DNA from: Methanocella sp.
GTDB lineage: Archaea; Thermoproteota; Bathyarchaeia; Bathyarchaeales; Bathycorpusculaceae
Length of the DNA stretch: 38,434 nt
Direction of reading: 5' to 3'
Assembly (NCBI GenBank): GCA_050261115.1
Contig: JBLNCY010000022.1
Coordinates: 1 to 38,434, forward strand
The translations under genes were made by a program, and so were the position numbers. The notes under the pieces are model-generated. The model saw only the letters and a program-made list of their open reading frames with translations. It had not been told where the DNA came from and did no database searches. Positions 36,284-38,434 of this stretch are shown piece by piece; within the stretch, counting starts at the first letter, position 1; each line of letters starts with the position of its first letter.

Positions 36284-36817
36284 ATGAGAATTTTGGGTTT
36301 AGTCGGCAGCCCCCGAAAAGGAAGCAACACTGATTTGCTGGTTTCCGCAGTCCTTGCAGGGGCAGGCGAGAAGCATTCAACCCAGAAAATCTACCTCTAT
36401 GACGTCGAGATCGCTCCATGTGTTGATTGTCGGGCCTGCAAAAGGGGCAGCCTGCAATGCATACTAAAAGACGGCATGCAAGAACTCTACGGTAAGCTCG
36501 AAGAAGCCGATGTGGTGGTTTTTGGGACGCCGCTTTACTGGTATGGCCCATCAGCTAAGATGAAGCTCCTAATTGATCGGTTGCGGCCCTTCATTGAATC
36601 CAAGAAACTTAAGGGTAAGCGCGCAGTGGTGGTGGTTCCCTCTGAGGAAGGCGCAGAAGCCTGCAGCCACATCGTTGGCATGTTCAACTTGTCCCTAAAG
36701 TATCTCGAAATGAACCTAATTGGTGCATTGTTACCCCGGGCTTCTGAGAAAGCAGAGGTAAAGTCCCAACCACACACAATAGAAGAGGCGCAATCGTTAG
36801 GCAGGCACATCAAGTAG
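36284..36817 (+). CDS. Flavodoxin-like iron-sulfur flavoprotein / NAD(P)H-dependent FMN reductase family
   Basis: GSPRKGSNT, PCVDCRAC.....C..KDGM, GTPLYW..S.KMK.LIDR. Confidence 0.88.
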   Translation: MRILGLVGSPRKGSNTDLLVSAVLAGAGEKHSTQKIYLYDVEIAPCVDCRACKRGSLQCILKDGMQELYGKLEEADVVVFGTPLYWYGPSAKMKLLIDRLRPFIESKKLKGKRAVVVVPSEEGAEACSHIVGMFNLSLKYLEMNLIGALLPRASEKAEVKSQPHTIEEAQSLGRHIK

Positions 36818-36825
36818 CGCAGATT

Positions 36826-37302
36826 CTAGGTTTTCTTTTTGGGGATTCTGAAGTGGCTGTCCTTGCCTGCGCTTATGTATTCTCCGCCCATGCCGCGCGA
36901 GGCTGCTGCGATTTTAGCAAAATTTTCACTACCTAGGAACTGTTTGGGTTTTATTATTATGTAGTCCCCTTTTTCTTCAAAACTTAGGCGTGCTTCGAGG
37001 TCTTCGGGGAAGGACATGCGGATGTCATCGAGGCTCCTTGTTTTGCCGACATCTGCCTGCGGTGTGATGGGTTGCGGTGTTGTTTTTGGTGCTGATGGGA
37101 TTGTCGGTTTGGCTGTCGAGGGTGCGGTGGTTGGGGGTTTGGTGACGGTTACTGTTGGGGGCTGAGTTATTTGGCTAATGGCCAGTGATTTTAAGGATGC
37201 CGAGACTGAGCGTAGTTCTTCTTGCATCTTAGAGATGGTTATGTTCATTTCTTCGATGCGTTTTAGAATCTTGTCGAGCTTTTCGGTGTCGGTACTGCTC
37301 AT
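36826..37302 (-). CDS. Hypothetical protein: coiled coil, Pro/Thr linker, small globular C-terminal domain
   Basis: N-terminal heptads, PT-rich linker, C-terminal FPEDL...IKPKQFLGSENFAKIA....GGEYISAGKDSHFRIP. GAGGT Shine-Dalgarno. Confidence 0.75.
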   Translation of the reverse strand: MSSTDTEKLDKILKRIEEMNITISKMQEELRSVSASLKSLAISQITQPPTVTVTKPPTTAPSTAKPTIPSAPKTTPQPITPQADVGKTRSLDDIRMSFPEDLEARLSFEEKGDYIIIKPKQFLGSENFAKIAAASRGMGGEYISAGKDSHFRIPKKKT

Positions 37303-37356
37303 GTAGGCGACCTCTTAACCCTAAATGCCTCCGACACCTAATAATTATTTCTAGGT

Positions 37357-37409
37357 TGCTCTGCCGAGAGACCCCCTCCCTTATATATAGAACCAACCAC
37401 GAGTTGAAC
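37357..37409. repeat. Dispersed repeat site 4: A|B with TATATATA core (37382-37389)
   Basis: TGCTCTGCCGAGAGACCCCCTCCCT-TATATATA-GAACCAACCACGAGTTGAAC. The right arm differs from the site-1 right arm GAGTCAACCACGGGTTCAAC at 4 of 20 positions. Confidence 0.9.
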
Positions 37410-37478
37410 TTGCACTTGTTTGTCCCTAAGAGGGGTAAGATTTAACACTTTAATCGCTAACAACACAGCAGATCCGTC

Positions 37479-37976
37479 ATGATAAAGGTAACAGCAGACA
37501 TCATTGACAGCCGCTGCGTTTGGGATGGACCCCGTAACGAATACAGATACACCCTGCATCGAGTATGGGATCCCTCAAAACCAAGGATAGTCTTTATCGG
37601 CCTAAACCCATCCGTTGCAGATGAACATCAAGACGACAACACCGTACGCAAATGCATAAACATCGCCCGACGCGACGGCTATGGCTCCATGACCATGCTA
37701 AACGCCTATGCATACCGCTCCACCGACCCAAAAGCCCTCACAACCCACCCCGACGTCATAGGCACCCACAACGACCGCTACATCGCAGAGGCCTGCAGTG
37801 AAGCAGACAAAATTGTGGTCGCATGGGGCAACCACGTCACCGACGACCGACACAACACACTACTAAGGGTGCTTGATGGACACAAACTCTACTGCTTTGC
37901 AAAAAACCGCAACGGCAAACCCAAACATCCACTCTATGTCTCGCTAAAAGCGCCACTATTTCCATACCGAAAATAG
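37479..37976 (+). CDS. DUF1643 family protein
   Basis: YRYTL.R.WD, FIGLNPS.AD...DD.T.RKC, N.YA.RSTDP, IVVAWG, G.PKHPLY. Confidence 0.88.
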   Translation: MIKVTADIIDSRCVWDGPRNEYRYTLHRVWDPSKPRIVFIGLNPSVADEHQDDNTVRKCINIARRDGYGSMTMLNAYAYRSTDPKALTTHPDVIGTHNDRYIAEACSEADKIVVAWGNHVTDDRHNTLLRVLDGHKLYCFAKNRNGKPKHPLYVSLKAPLFPYRK

Positions 37977-38031
37977 GTGGAAACATTTATGCACCGTCCA
38001 GCCCCTTTTAGGTAGTACACGAGGAGTTTTA

Positions 38032-38434
38032 ATGCACACCAAACCGATCGGGAAAAACCTCTACCAAGTCGAGCTATCCACCGGAGGCATAGAGCAGCTC
38101 ATATGCAGCTACGTCATCACAGGCGCCAAACCCATACTGGTTGAAGCAGGCCCAACCAACTCGATCCCCAACCTGTTAAGCGCCATAGCTGAGCTAGGCA
38201 TTAGCCGCGAAGCCATCCAATATGTCGCAGTCAGCCATATCCACCTAGACCACGGCGGCGGAGCAGGCACCCTTCTAAAGCAGCTGCCAAACGCCAAAGT
38301 CATAGTCCACCCCCGCGGCGCCCCACACCTAATCAACCCCGAGCGCCTATGGCCTTCCTCGCAGTCAGTGCTGGGCTTTGTTAGCGAAGTTTTCGGCAAA
38401 CCCGAACCAATACCCCAAGACCGCGTTATCCCAA
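38032..38434 (+). CDS. MBL-fold metallo-hydrolase (partial, runs off window end)
   Basis: Manual translation from ATG 38032 (GAGGAG Shine-Dalgarno): MHTKPIGKNLYQVEL...ILVEAGP...VAVSHIHLDHGGGAG...VHPRGAPHLINP, containing the HxHxDH motif. Confidence 0.9.
   Translation, partial: MHTKPIGKNLYQVELSTGGIEQLICSYVITGAKPILVEAGPTNSIPNLLSAIAELGISREAIQYVAVSHIHLDHGGGAGTLLKQLPNAKVIVHPRGAPHLINPERLWPSSQSVLGFVSEVFGKPEPIPQDRVIP

Noticed and set aside
35928-36551. 207-aa minus-strand ORF and similar shadow ORFs (e.g. 4347-4781, 20045-20500, 25972-26358, 38109-38399)
   Set aside because: They are antisense or out-of-frame to well-supported genes and have no recognisable motifs.
17454-37409. CRISPR array or MITE/IS interpretation of the repeats
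   Set aside because: There is no regular repeat-spacer periodicity, no cas or transposase gene, and the segments between inward-facing arms are kilobases of housekeeping genes.

Overview
Archaeal chromosomal window. The gene content and protein styles fit TACK archaea, most likely Bathyarchaeia (inference). It is mostly housekeeping genes: guaA (partial), Lrp regulator, HAD nucleotidase, bacterial-type gdhA, rfcS-rfcL plus a Cys-rich gene, a nucleotide-sugar trio, Trm112 with a Trm5-like methylase, rpoP (missed by the ORF track), a cell-surface protein, taw1, translin-endonuclease V-tRNA-binding domain, ribK, an ADP-forming acyl-CoA synthetase alpha subunit, a CofE-like ligase with two radical SAM genes, hisGDCBHAFI, M42 peptidase, archease, adk, PadR, arcadin-1-like, tag, acylphosphatase, Isf-like flavoprotein, DUF1643 and an MBL hydrolase (partial). 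I saw no tRNA, rRNA, CRISPR array, transposase or integrase. The most striking unexplained signal is non-coding. Four dispersed intergenic sites share a symmetric TATATATA core flanked by two kinds of arm (A and B), and they occur as B|B, B|A, A|A and A|B. That pattern is what arm exchange by recombination at a palindromic core would leave, and it predicts a ~16.2-kb inversion. Other leads are a structured ~165-nt his-operon leader, a catalytically eroded nucleotide-sugar dehydrogenase, an 8-Cys gene coupled to a tail-less RfcL, a translin-EndoV coupling and an orphan arcadin-1.
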